Below, in pieces: positions 26,417 to 38,229 of a DNA stretch of 64,000 nt; the first letter of the stretch is position 1, and each line of letters begins with the position of its first letter. A program made the position numbers and the translations under genes. The notes under the pieces were generated by a model. The model was not told the DNA's origin. It ran no database searches and saw nothing but the letters and a program-made list of their open reading frames with translations. The stretch comes from Lama guanicoe (lineage: Eukaryota): NCBI GenBank assembly GCA_013239625.1, contig MU053493.1:1745793-1809792 (forward strand), in the 5' to 3' direction.

Positions 26417-26819
26417 ATGCAGTGGAAGAGCTCACACTTTCCTAACCTCCCAGGAGCTACTCAACCAAAAGCAGTGCTGCACCCCTGGGGATACAGAGAT
26501 TCGTGCCACCATCAGAGCCGTGAGGGCACGGGATGACAGTCCCCTCACACCCCCTTGCTCCCCCTCCATGCAGAGCCCCAAGGGTGTCCCAGCGGACCAG
26601 GACTCCAGGCTGCAGAAGGTTGCCCTGAACACGATAAAATGAATGGCTGCTACCTCCAAGAATTAAGAAAGTAAATAATGGGCCTCTTTCTGCTTCCTCG
26701 TGATCACAGCAGAGTAAGATAATCAGGTATCGCCCTCCTTTGGAGCCGTCAGAGATGCTGAGACTCCACTACTGGTCCCCACGACCACATGAAGAAATAA
26801 AGCAAAATTTTAAAGGACA

Positions 26820-27303
26820 TCCACAGACAAATGGATAAAGAAGATGTGGTATATACAGACAATGGAAAAGTACACAGCCATGAAGAATAAACTCTTCCAC
26901 GTGCAACAACGGGGATGGATCTAGAGATGATTACACTTATTGAAGTTAAGTCAGAGAGAGTCAAATACTACATGTTACCACTTATTTGTGGAATCTAAAA
27001 ACCAAAGCAAATGAATGTATGTAACAAAGCAGAAATGAGTCGCAGATAAAGAAAACAAACTAGTGGTTACCAGTAGGGAGAGGGAAGGGGGGAAGGGCCA
27101 GTCAGGGGTACGGGATTAAGAGCTACAAACTACTCTGTATAAATAGATAAGCAACGGGGATATACTGTACAGCACAGGGAAATACAGCCATTATTTTATA
27201 ATAACTTTAAATGGAATATAATCTATAAAAGTACTGAACAATTGTGCTGTACACCTGAAACAAATATAAAATTGTAAATCAACTACACTTCAATAAAAAA
27301 AAA
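26820..27303 (+). mobile_element. L1 3' end
   Basis: atggataaagaagatgtggtatata...tagtggttaccag...acagcacaggga...aactacacttcaataaaaaaaaa. Confidence 0.85.
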
Positions 27304-28415
27304 TGTAAGGACAGTGATTTTAGTACAAATAAATTATCCTTGGAGATCTCATTTTCCTCCAACTCCAAAGTCAGTGGTAAAAATGTTCATCTTTATTCTT
27401 TTATCTCTGCTTATAGGCTAAGTGCTTATACTGAGATAGGGTTGCTAATCTAATGTGCCCTTACTTAAAATGTGACTTATACGATGACCATAAAGTACTT
27501 AAGAAATACAATTAGATAAAGAAAGGACTTAGAAGACACTTGATATGCCATGGGGATGAGGGTTTTATAATCCTAAATCAATTAATTATATTATATAATT
27601 TATTTAATTTTTTTAATGTGCAGTATATACTTTCTGAGGTGTTGGCAGTGACGTTTTTCTTAGTGATGTATGCCTTATTTATCCTTGTTTAATCAAAGGC
27701 CAGTATTTGAAGTGTCTTCCCCACAAGGATGGGCTCTTGGCACAGAATAGCTCAATGTTTTACACACACATGTATTACACAAAATAAACAGTGACATTGT
27801 TTTAAATTGTTTTCAAAAGCATCATCTCATTTCATCCTCAACAACTCCAGAAAGTAGGTTCCTAGACTAACGTTGATATGGCTATATTTTACACATAACA
27901 TGAGCAGAAGAAATAAATTCTAACAATTTTTACAATCTTCCCCAATCTGCAACAGCTGAAGAGTTTTAGAAGGGCAAAGGAAACTACCCTCAGTTTCTGA
28001 TAAATTTTTATGTTTTAAACTTAAGAGAAGCTACATATTAATATTGACGGATTATGTTTCAATAAAAAGTTTACTAAAATAAAAATGTGACTGAATAGTT
28101 TATGCTTGAATACTGTAAGAACAGCAGTTAAAACTGCGTTTTTCTTGAATAATAAAATACCAGATGCACCAATGGCCTAGTGCCTCTATTCTCCTGCCTC
28201 CTGACTTTTCTTGCTCCCAGAAATCAGGATGGTATTACAAGAACCAGGAATCATAAACCAAGAAAGAATTCAGTCTTTATAATTAAGGTTCTCTGCCTTC
28301 TCAATCTAACTGCGAGTGAAAACGATTACAATATGAAAACATGTACCATCATTATAGTAAGTTCATATGTGCGTCAACATTTTAAACGTTTCTACTGTAA
28401 CCAGAGCCACAAAAC

Positions 28416-28617
28416 CTTTTTAAGATCACAGCACCGACGCCAGGCTGGTTCCTGCCCCAAGTGCAGACCGAACGCTGTTTGGCCAGTTTGAGAAAGGCGT
28501 CCACCAGCTGCTGCTTCTGCCCGCTGTGATTCGCCAGGTGGAAGGTCTTTGCCAGGGTTTTTAGTTCAGGGGCAGAAAGTAGCTCGAGCACTTCAGAGAG
28601 TTCTTGCAACTCAGATT
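28416..28617 (-). CDS. FAN1: FAN1 exon 4 (SAP domain)
   Basis: tttcag|AA...AG|gttttg; [28 protein letters not shown]...[23 protein letters not shown](R); 202 nt. Confidence 0.95.
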
Positions 28618-30194
28618 CTGAAATACATATTTAAAAAAAAAGTTAAAAGTAGTTTTAAAGAATCTGACTAATTCTCACTTTATTTACTTTAAGAAAAAGC
28701 TTAGTTACATGCAAATAAAATGCAATGCTACTGTGATTTTTCTTTGCCAAGTCAACTGTTAAAAAATATGGCGCATAGATATCTCATAAAAGTTAAAAAC
28801 AACAGAACTTCTCACTGACAAGTAAACGAAGATCTGAATAAAATAAAGATCTTCGTGGAGAACCGTCACGGTTTGGGCGTCCTCCTTAAAAGCTCACTAC
28901 GAACCCCCAGCGGGACCTCTCCAAAGCTGTCAGAGAGCTGGCTGCTCACCGGCTCCCACCTCTCCGCACAGGCCTCAGCTGGGGCCTGTCTGTGGGTCCA
29001 CTCAGTCCACATCCCCATGGATGTCAGGCTACTGGGGGGTCCAGGCCACTTAGGGCAGGGCCAGCCTCCTTGTTCACATGTACCTCCTGGGTGTCCGCCA
29101 CCTGCTGGGTACCACTGCGGCGCCTGCAGTGAACAACCACATCCCTGCCCCCAGGCAGTGCACTGCCCAGCATCACAGGCGCCTGTCTGCTCGCGATAAC
29201 TGCCACAGAGAAAAGCAAAGCTGGGGAGGCAAACTGGACCGGACGTGGCAGAGAGGTGGCGGCACCCAACCCAGAGCAGACACAGGTGACACGGAGCAGA
29301 GCTGGATGAAATGAGGGGTGAGTTGAGGGGCAGCAGGCAAGAAGGTCTGAAAGAGGGGGCACTCAGCAAGAACCCTCAGGAGAGCAGCGTGGCCACAGCA
29401 GAGGGAGAGGGACTGTCAAGCCCCCATCCCTCCCCTCACAGGGCTGTGCAGACCATGAGAGGGACCCGGGCGGGACTGAGGGCAACAGAGGGCGTCTGGT
29501 TTTGTTGTTTAAAGGTCATTTAAAGGGAAGGCAAGGCTCACCTGGTGTCAATCTGTATCTGATCTTCTGAGTCAGGTGGGGATGTGAGTTCCCAAGTGAC
29601 CTGGCGGCACTGACGTGAGGAATCCTGGGTCCCACTGCCTGAACACTCACACCCACCAAGCCCCCAGGCCTCCCCATGACTGTCCTCATCTCCCAAGCCA
29701 GGCCCGCCTGTCACCCTAACTTCATCACAACTCTGCTGCACAGAAACCGGCTGGCTCTAGCTTGAGTCGCTTATTTCAGCCTAAGCTGTCAGCAACTCGA
29801 ACCTAGGACTCTCATCTTTCATCCTCTTTATGCCTACGTGTCCAGGACAGTATTGTTCTCAATGCAGGTGGGTACGTAACAAATGGTACCGATGAGATGA
29901 CCAAGGTTATCGCATAGTCACAGGGGCTGAAATCAATCACACAATTCTTGAGGCAATCCACCTTTGAATTATAAGAGCTGTATGTGTGTTCCTGTCAAGG
30001 TCCACAAAGATACTAGCTTCCAACAACCAGCTTTGTTCTGTCATAAAGACGAGGGGTCTGGGTGAGACGGTCAACGTCTTGCTGGAAGGGGAGCTGGGAG
30101 GGATGTTCCTTCCGTGGACCCAGCCACACATCTATCCCCAGGTGACCTTACAGGCCTACATCAGAGACTGTTCAGAATCCAGCAGGAGACAGAG

Positions 30195-30445
30195 GGTGGA
30201 GGGATAAACTGGGGGTTTGGGATTTGGAGATACAAACTACTATATATAAAAGAGATAAACAACAAGATCCACTATATAGCACAGGGAACTATATTTAACA
30301 TCTTCTAATAATCTATAATGAAAAAGAATATGAAAAGGAATATATATATATATATATATATAAAACTGAATCACTATGCTGTACACCAGAAATTAACAAT
30401 TGGATGTAAATTAACTATATGTCAATTCAAAAAAAGAAAGAAAAA
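30195..30445 (+). mobile_element. L1 3' end
   Basis: gggataaactggggg...tatagcacagggaactat...gctgtacaccagaaatt, A-rich tail. Confidence 0.85.
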
Positions 30446-30680
30446 ACAGCAGCAATCTTTCGTTATCCTGGGAGTCTTAATCCAGGTGAAGAATGGCTTC
30501 AACATAACAGGAATCATCTGTTGTCTTAAGAAGATTTAAAAACCTCAATTTAAAAAAACACACACAATTACTATCAGGCACCAATTGGGAGCTGACACCA
30601 GACTAATATCACCCTCATCATGCAGAAACTCAATTCTTTGAGTCATATTTTCATTTTCCATTCCCTTTGACTGATCGCAC

Positions 30681-30821
30681 CTGTCTGCAGGAAGCCAGCT
30701 TGCTGCAGTTCTTGGACCACAGGTGTTAAGTCGGGGGCAATCTCTTCATATTCCAATTTATTCATCTTAATCCAGCTGAATTTACGTTGAAACAGTCTTA
30801 CATATAACTTCTGACCATTGG
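30681..30821 (-). CDS. FAN1: FAN1 exon 3
   Basis: ttgcag|CC...G|gtgcga; [46 protein letters not shown]; 141 nt. Confidence 0.95.
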
Positions 30822-31304
30822 CTGCAATAAAGTTGAAAAAAACTGTGAAAAATATTCTATTTCTTCTCAAAAACAACATACAGTATCATTTGCTTTTTTC
30901 AGCTGAGGTGAGTAAAATAGACTTGAATAGAAATACACATACACTGACTCAACTGATCTTCCAAGAAAATCATTTTCTTCCTTTGGAAGACATAATTTAT
31001 TTCAAATACAAAATCTCCTGAGGATGTCTCCTTGTCCTGTGTGCCTGTCACCACAGGACAGGAGGAGGACCAGGATGGAAAGCCAGCCCTGCCCCTCTCT
31101 CCCAATTGTGCAAGCCTTTGGAACTTACTGAGACACCCTTTTCTCTTCTGTTACAAAAAAAAAGGGGGTGTGGGGGACAGTAACACCATCTTCCCAAAGA
31201 TGGTAAAAAAAAAAAATTGGACAAGATAAGGTATTCAACGATTAATGTACAAAACATAAAAAAGTTCCAAAATTGGAATGATTATTGGCCATTTAAAAAC
31301 TTCT

Positions 31305-32027
31305 AAAAAGGGAATCCTCCTACACTGTTGGTGGGAATGTAAATTGGTGCAGCCTCATTGGAGGACAGAATGGAGGTTCCTTAAAAAACTGGAGTTACCA
31401 TATGATCCAGCAATCCCACTCCTGGGCTTATATCCGAAGAGATTCTCATTTGAAAAGATACTTGCACCCCAATGTTCACAAGAGCACTATTTACAAAAGC
31501 CAAGACATGGAAGCAACCTAAATGTCCACTGACAGATGACTAGATAAAAAAGATGTGGTATATTTATACAATGGAATACTACTCAGCCATAAAAAGAATG
31601 AAATAATGCCATTTGCAGCAACATGGACCTAGAGATTATCATACTAAGTGAAGTTAAGTCAGAGAAAGATAAATATCATATATCACTTATATGTGGAATC
31701 TAAAAAAAATGATACAAATGAACTTACTTACAAAACAGAAACAGGCTCACAGACATAGAAAACAAACTTATGGTTACCAAAGGGGAAAGGGAAGAAGGGT
31801 AAATTAGGAGTTTGGGATTTGCAGATACACACTACTATATATAAAATAGATAAACAGCAAGGTCCTACCTACTGTTTAGCACAGGGAGCTACATTCAATA
31901 TCGTGTAAAAACCTATAATGCAAAAATGTATGTATGTGTAAAAAATCACTATGCTGTACACCTGAAATTTACATGACATTGTAATTCAACTATACTTCAA
32001 TTTAAAAGAAAATAAATAAAATAAAAG
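31305..32027 (+). mobile_element. L1 3' end (ORF2 end + 3' UTR)
   Basis: ORF2 C-terminal remnants (LHCWWECKLVQP...YDPAIPLLG), 3' UTR and A-rich tail. Confidence 0.9.
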
Positions 32028-32541
32028 GTAGAGTCCAGGCAATTAAAATATTGTTGGAAGAAAAAACAGGCCCCAATGTACCTTGGTTTGTTTTTTCCTG
32101 TATTTTATCTTATTTTCATTGTTGAGGAAATGGCGTGCAAAAACAAGAAAACCACCTAACGATAAGCTTGATTATACGCTCCAAATGCAAAGTATGCTTT
32201 TCTAAGTCACACTGCTGCTTTTTTCCTCATCCGGGAAAAGCTGTTTTATAAGCATTCAAAAAAAAAAAAAAACAAATAGCTGCTTCCATGACAACCCAAG
32301 TACAGCCTGTAAGGGTGATACTGTGGGAGCAGACACCAGGCACAAAGTCTTGTCTATTTTACACACGTATCCTTCTCCAGCTGAACCCTGTAGTAGGCGC
32401 TGAGTCCCACGCATACTCCCAGGGGACTCCCCAAACCACACTGACTCCTCGTGGTCCTTGGATGACAGCCCGTCACCTCCCAGACCAAATCAGGGCAGCA
32501 AGCAGGAAACCAAACCTTCCAAGCAAACATGCTCCAGATAC

Positions 32542-33799
32542 CTGATAATTGGTAAAACCGAGTTACAATTCCTTTCTCCTGCTCATCAAAGAGCATTCTG
32601 TCATCTTCATTCTCAAACACGGCATTCAGCACCACCAGGAAACTCCTAAGGTAGTAAGGGTGATTCGGTGGTGCTAGGCTTGTTACACCAGGGACATCCC
32701 AGACTGACCCCTGCTCCGAAGACATTCTAGGAGTGATTTCATTCTCTAAGCCACGGGCATGTTCCAGAGGACATTCTTGGCTGTGACTCCATTTCGAAGC
32801 ATTGGTTGTAGGACTATGAGATTTTGCCTCCCAGTGTGACAGCTGTGTTTCAGCTTCTGAAAGGGCAGTCGCTTTGACCTCTTCACAACTGCCTGCCTCA
32901 CGTATTTCATCACCTTCACCAGCTACTCCTGCGAGACTCTCCTGCTTTGCAAGACTGTCTTCTGAAATAGACTGTAATTTACTTCCAAGAGTTAAATCCG
33001 GTGACAATAACCCGGGGGTGGTATCTGAAAAGGGAGGGGTGAGTGTGGATATCCCACATTCCCGGGCAGCCTCTTGGCTTTCAGCATCCATTATTTCAGT
33101 GTCTTCTACAGTACATTCGGGAGTCCTTGATTCCTTAAGAGAATCACTGGTAAACATGTTTTCCTTTTGAGAACTATTCTCCAGAAGTTGATCCTGGTCC
33201 TCCATCTCTGAACGGTTGTCAACCAGGCTCTTAACCGCTGTGGCTGAGGAACTCTGTGGACTCTGATTGGCAAATCGCTCATTCTCATCTAAAGACCTTT
33301 TAGCCTTCATGTATCTTCTGGACAATTTAGATGACAGGCTTCCCAGAGGGACGATTTTGACATTACGATCTCTCGTCTCATCTTGAGTTTTGCTCACCAA
33401 GTCTCTGTTACTTTTAAAGTAGGGGCTGGTCTGCTGTTTTGTGCCTGTTTTTGCTGAGTCGCTTCGGCCAGGGGTTAAATTTATCTTAGATGGTGACAAC
33501 TTCTCTGGCGTTACATCTTCTAAGGCAATATTGGTTAAATCTACCGTGGAAGCCTTTGAACTGAAGCCAGTGTTTCCTGGCTCACCTGCAGTGATGTCAT
33601 CATCGTCAGCACACATTTCATCCAGGTGCCGGTTCAAGTCATATCTTGGTACCATTTTACTACAAACTGGACAGGCGAGTTTCGCAGGCGGTACATTGTT
33701 AAAAAACGAAATAATCGAGTTAGAGTCATTTTTTTTAGTTTTGCTGGTTGATAAACTTATACGAGGTCTTTTTTTGGAGGATTTCCCTCCGGACATCAT
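32542..33799 (-). CDS. FAN1: FAN1 (FANCD2/FANCI-associated nuclease 1) exon 2 coding part with start codon, PIP-like box, UBZ4 finger and SPYF motif
   Basis: [13 protein letters not shown]...NSIISFFN...[21 protein letters not shown] (UBZ)...TSPYFK...[12 protein letters not shown]; donor CAG|gtatct; 1258 nt; the 13 coding exons sum to 3075 nt = 1024 aa + stop. Confidence 0.96.
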
Positions 33800-33804
33800 G
33801 AGTA

Positions 33805-33933
33805 TTAGACAAGCTGGGTGTTTCGAAGGGTAAAGCACAGGATATCACTGGGGAAAGAGAGCGATGCTTGGCTTTTATTTCCGTGTCTTGAAATTAAAAA
33901 AGGCAGGACTCTATTGGACCTCATGTTATTCAT
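33805..33933 (-). other. Upstream ORF (42 aa) in the FAN1 5' UTR
   Basis: ATG 33933, in-frame ATG 33924, TAA ending 33805, 5 nt before the main ATG; lies downstream of the acceptor ttttgtag| at 33952/33951. Confidence 0.55.
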
Positions 33934-34174
33934 TTAGTCGATCTCGTCTTCCTACAAAACACACGTGGATTAACAATATTTTTATGCACTCAACAACAGG
34001 GCAAAAAGGTCTAAAGCATGCAATGCCAGGATCTCTTGGGACAGAGGACCAAGGTCCTACCCCCGGCTCTGCATGCAACCTCAGTGCGTCCCTCAGCCAC
34101 AACAGCGTTGGGCCTCGTGGGGACAAGTTTTAAGGCCACTCTCTTCAAAGTCAGCCGTTTTATTTTTTTTTTCC

Positions 34175-34313
34175 AATTGTTTGACTCTGCAAAAATCAGA
34201 AGGCACCAACGGACAGCCAACCCATACCTATGGTGCCCTGAGTGAAGACAAGTCAGCTTAGATATATGATGGACAAAAGTCTCACTGCCTAAGACTCCAA
34301 GCAGTGAGAGGAT
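34175..34313 (-). ncRNA. SNORA79: Retroposed H/ACA snoRNA copy (SNORA79-like), slightly 5'-truncated, probably a pseudogene
   Basis: Two hairpins (tctcactgc/gcagtgaga; tgact/agtca with ggcacca/tggtgcc); ACA exactly 3 nt before the end; then gg + A10; 16-bp TSD aaagtcagccgtttta at 34147-34162 and 34314-34329; 3' pocket CTTCAC/TTTGC complements U6 GCAAA-UUC-GUGAAG. Confidence 0.85.
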
Positions 34314-34399
34314 AAAGTCAGCCGTTTTAAAAAGGGAACACTGGACTATTTCAGGTCCTTATTGAAAACCACTGCATCAGTCAGCCTTTTCCCTCACAG

Positions 34400-34900
34400 G
34401 CCTGCACAGAGATGCGCCCTGAGTCGCGGGCATCGGTCCACGGGCTTGGAGCCCGCCGCAGCCCCGGCCTCCGAACCTGACGCTCCGGCTGAGCTCAGCC
34501 GGCTCTGCCAGCGGGGCCGCGTCCGCGCACCGGGACGCGCACCAGTCCGCCCGCCCTCCTCCTCCCGCAACTTCCCACCCCTTCTCCCCACCTCTCACTC
34601 CCCTCACCACCTCTCGCGCACCAGGCCCCGCCGCCTGCCCTGCTCCCCCGGCCCCGCGCGCGGGAGACCCGGGCCGGCCTCCCTGCACTTCCTACCGCCT
34701 CTGCGTGCCAGGCATTCCCAGCCGATCCCCGCGGCGCGGCTCGGCTCGCACAGGCTCGGCCAGCAGAGGCCCGAGTGATCGATCGCCCATTCCCTCCCGC
34801 CTGCCCTCGCGGGAGACTCCAGCACTTCATGCTCTTCGCACGTGGAGAGGCGGGCGCTCCCGGGAGGTGGACAGGATGCGGGTCGGGGAGCATTGGGGTC
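34400..34900 (-). promoter_or_regulatory. FAN1: CpG island: FAN1 promoter and non-coding exon 1
   Basis: Very CpG-dense, GC-box-like motifs, ~0.5 kb upstream of the exon 2 acceptor; candidate donor GTG|gtgagg at 34608/34607 (uncertain). Confidence 0.8.
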
Positions 34901-35034
34901 CAGCAAGGCGGCCCTTGGGAGACTACACAGGCGTGGACTCTACTTAGGAGAGAGAAGGACGACTCAGCGACTCTGGGCTTCCCCCAAGACACGCTGTTCG
35001 CTGACTGATGGCAGCAGATGCAGGTGACTTCAAG

Positions 35035-35282
35035 AGCAAAGAGGAAAGGGGGTGGGAAGGGATAAATTGGGAATTCGAGATTTGCAGATTCTAACCACTG
35101 TATATAAAACAGGTAAACAACAAGATTCTGTATAGCACAGGGAACTATATTCAATATCTTGTAGTCACCTATAATGAAAAAGAATATGAAAAGGAATATA
35201 TGTACATATATGTATGACTGAAACATTATGCTGTACACCAGAAATTGACACACATTGTAAACTGACTATACTTCAATTAACA
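35035..35282 (+). mobile_element. L1 3' end next to the FAN1 CpG island
   Basis: ggggtgggaagggataaattggg...gcacagggaactatattcaa...actgactatacttcaattaa. Confidence 0.85.
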
Positions 35283-35639
35283 TTTTTTTTAGAAAAGCAA
35301 AGGAATAAGAAAATGTAGTCAGGTAATCATGGGGCCGTGAGTTTGGTTATTTCTTACTTTTGTTTCTAATGTAGTTTGAGTTTTTGTAATAGAGTTTGTT
35401 TTATTTGTTTTAATAGTTTAATTTAATATAGCGAGGTTGTGATTTTAAATAATGACTATGTCTAACAAAAGAAAAATGACTGCCCTTGGGCACGAATACC
35501 AGCTGGTTCCAGCATCCCTGTGAGTGACCCAGATGGAAGTTTTCTCAGCACAAGGGCACCTGTCTGTGGTCCTTTACCACTGCCTGCAGGAGTGGCCAGT
35601 GTGGAGCCAGCTGGCGCTCTCTGAAGCCGCTGGAAAGCC

Positions 35640-36095
35640 ATAAAGCCCCCACTTCAGGGCTTTCTGTGTGCCTTGAGCCAACTGGAACCCTTAACCTCCA
35701 CTCCCCGCTACAGGACCCTCCGCATATCTGCCTTTCTGCAAGATAAAAACATCTTCCCTTGATGTGCGTGCGTTTACCCTAACAAAACTAACTGTTCCCC
35801 AGGAATCTGCACATCCTGCCTGTATCAGAGTTGTAAATCCCATTACTCAGAAAAGCCCCTGACAGATCTTACAACCAATCAGGTACCTGTGCACTAATTA
35901 ATCATGCAGCCCCCTACCCTTTGTGTGTGCACAGCCCCCTCCCCAAATAACAGACCCTGCATGTTCCCCTCAGTGCTCACACAGGCACCTCTCATCTGTG
36001 TGGCCTGCTGTTGCCTGTAGCAGCATATCTGTTAAACTTACCCTTTATTCTTAACTCCTCCTGGTCTTTGGTAAATTCTTTTACTGCCCACGCAC
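35640..36095 (+). mobile_element. Probable degraded ERV LTR
   Basis: CCAAT-containing U3-like region and U5-like tctttggtaaattcttttact; boundaries approximate. Confidence 0.45.
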
Positions 36096-36444
36096 TGGCC
36101 TGCCATGTGTCCCCCAAAAGCCAGCCCTGCGTGATACTCCATAAATATGTCTCGAATGAATGCTTGAATAAATGAGCAAACCAGAGAGAAAAAGGACATG
36201 AACAGGAAATTCATCAACAAATATGTATTGAGTGCCTATCTGGTACCAGGAAATGTCCTCGGTGCTGAAGACATGGCCGTGGACAGGACGAGGAATAGGG
36301 GAAAAATCCTGCCTCCATGCAGAATACATTCTGATGGAGCAAGACAGAGAAAAAACAAATATACATAAATTATGTAGAAAGATTAAAAGACAAGAACTGA
36401 TAAAATAAAATTCGTATTTTTGGCAAGATGAGAAAAATATTAAC

Positions 36445-36850
36445 ATACAATTTTTCTTTTGCCCATTTGGCTACCCTCCCCGCCTTTAGTGTGCGTCGTT
36501 CATCTGCATTAACCTGACCTCTTTAGGAGAGAACATTCCTTCTTATCTCATCAACGGCCACCACTCCTTAGGAGATAAACTTCTTCATCTTGTAAGGGGC
36601 CATGGTGACTCACGACCCACTACTCACTTTGTATGGGCAGCTCTGCACTGTGTAAACTGTCAATTCTTGTGTAAAATGCCTTATAATGTGCAGTGCTGTC
36701 TCAAAAACGTATGTAACTGTGGTTTGACCTTTAAAGGCAGAACAGTTCTCGGAGCTTTCTGAGAGGCTGTTCCTGGTTAAAATCCTCCATTTGGCTCAAA
36801 TAAAATTTTCTCTTTCTTTCTTAGATTGACTGATTAATTTTTTCATTGAC
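36445..36850 (+). mobile_element. ERV1-type solo LTR fragment within L2
   Basis: cagaacagttctcggagctttctgagaggctgtt...ggctcaaataaaattttctc...ttgaca terminus. Confidence 0.6.
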
Positions 36851-37136
36851 AGTACTTTGAAGGGAAATAAGGCAGAAACATCATGGTGGGGTCAGGGAGG
36901 GGGATTACAGTTTGAAAGAGTGGTCAGGAAAGATCTCACTGAGAAGGTAACATCTGAGCCAACTCAAAGGAGGACAGGCAGTAGGTATCCCAGAGAAGAG
37001 GACTCTGGGCAGAAGAAACAGCCTCGGGGAGTGTAACAGGGAGTAGAAACTTGCCTTGCAAGTCTAGGGAGACCCTGAGGGCCAGGAAGACTGGAGCAGA
37101 AGTGGAGAGAAGTAACAAAGGGCAGGTCTTGGTGGG

Positions 37137-37345
37137 CAGTGGTAACAATCTCTTTCTGTAAAGGGCCGGGGAGTAAATATCTTGGGCTCTGTGGGCCGAA
37201 GATCTTGGGTCACGCTCTGCACTGTGCACTGTGAAAGCAACCACAGGCAGTGCGTACCAAATGGGTGTGGCTGTGTGGATGAAACTTTATTTACAAAGAG
37301 TCAGCTGACCAGCTCTGGCCTCTGGCTACAGTCTGCTGGCACCTG
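37137..37345 (+). mobile_element. MER58A-like hAT element
   Basis: tttctgtaaagggcc...agtaaatat...gggtgtggctgtg...aaactttatttacaaa. Confidence 0.75.
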
Positions 37346-37544
37346 ATATTGAGGCCTTGCATGTCATTATATGGATTTTAGTATCTGCTTGGAGTGTGTT
37401 CAGCATAGACATGGTGGGGTGGGGTAGGCAGGGTAAATAGAAGGCCAGTGAAGTAATCTAAAGATCATGACGCCTGGGGTCTGAGTATGAGCACTGTAGC
37501 TGATAAAAAGTGGTCAGATTCTCGATGTATTTAGGAGGTATAAC

Positions 37545-38060
37545 TGTTAAGTAGATAAGTGGGGGCACCCGGCAGATAAGGTGGAGGAGAGGGAGGGTGT
37601 TCTGGAAGATGGTGATATGCCCGCCTTCAGCATAAAGGGGCTTTACTTCCTCTAAATGAGTGCCAACTAGAAACTGGTGAGAACCCATCAGCCGCAACTG
37701 TGAGGTAATGACAAGGACTTCACCAAACATGACCTAATGTTCATTGTAATATAATCAGCACTGCAGTTTAGGCATCCCCTGGGTTTTTCTGTGTGCATCA
37801 TGGGTAAGGACCTGTGCAAAAGGGGACGCATGACTAAGCACTCTAGGGACAAGAGCCGTCAATCAATCAAGAGACCACCTCTAAGCAAGGGCATAAGAGA
37901 AGGGGCAAGCAAAGACCATTACTACCCTCCCCTGGACCAGCCCACCGCCTGTTCTTGGAGGTATATGTTCTCTTTGCTAAATAAATCATTTAAAATCTTT
38001 CACGACGCAATGCTTCATCTCTCATCTGAATTCTTATCTTTCAGGTACGACAAGAACCTA
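37545..38060 (+). mobile_element. ERV solo LTR
   Basis: TG start, internal AATAAA (ctaaataaatc), U5-like ctgaattcttatctttcaggtacgacaagaacc. Confidence 0.6.
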
Positions 38061-38229
38061 TAAGGGATATGTGAGGATGGGGTGTCGGATGCAGGTAGAA
38101 GGGAAGTAAGATGGGGACTGAGAGCAGCCACAGACCCAGCAACTTGGAGGGCGTTGGAACCTGACAAGGGTAGTGGTGGACTGATTGCAGAGGGTTCAAG
38201 GAAAATGGGGAGATAGGAATTGGAGATAA

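Noticed and set aside
32354..32541. Extension of the 494-aa ORF past FAN1 exon 2, and its non-ATG start at 33838
   Set aside because: A clear donor at 32542/32541 phases with exon 3, the extension shows no FAN1 similarity, and the real start is MM at 33799.
34362..35253. ORFs across the FAN1 CpG island, including 252 aa on the minus strand
   Set aside because: The long ORF begins in antisense L1 3' UTR and stays open through CpG-island GC content; no coding signature.
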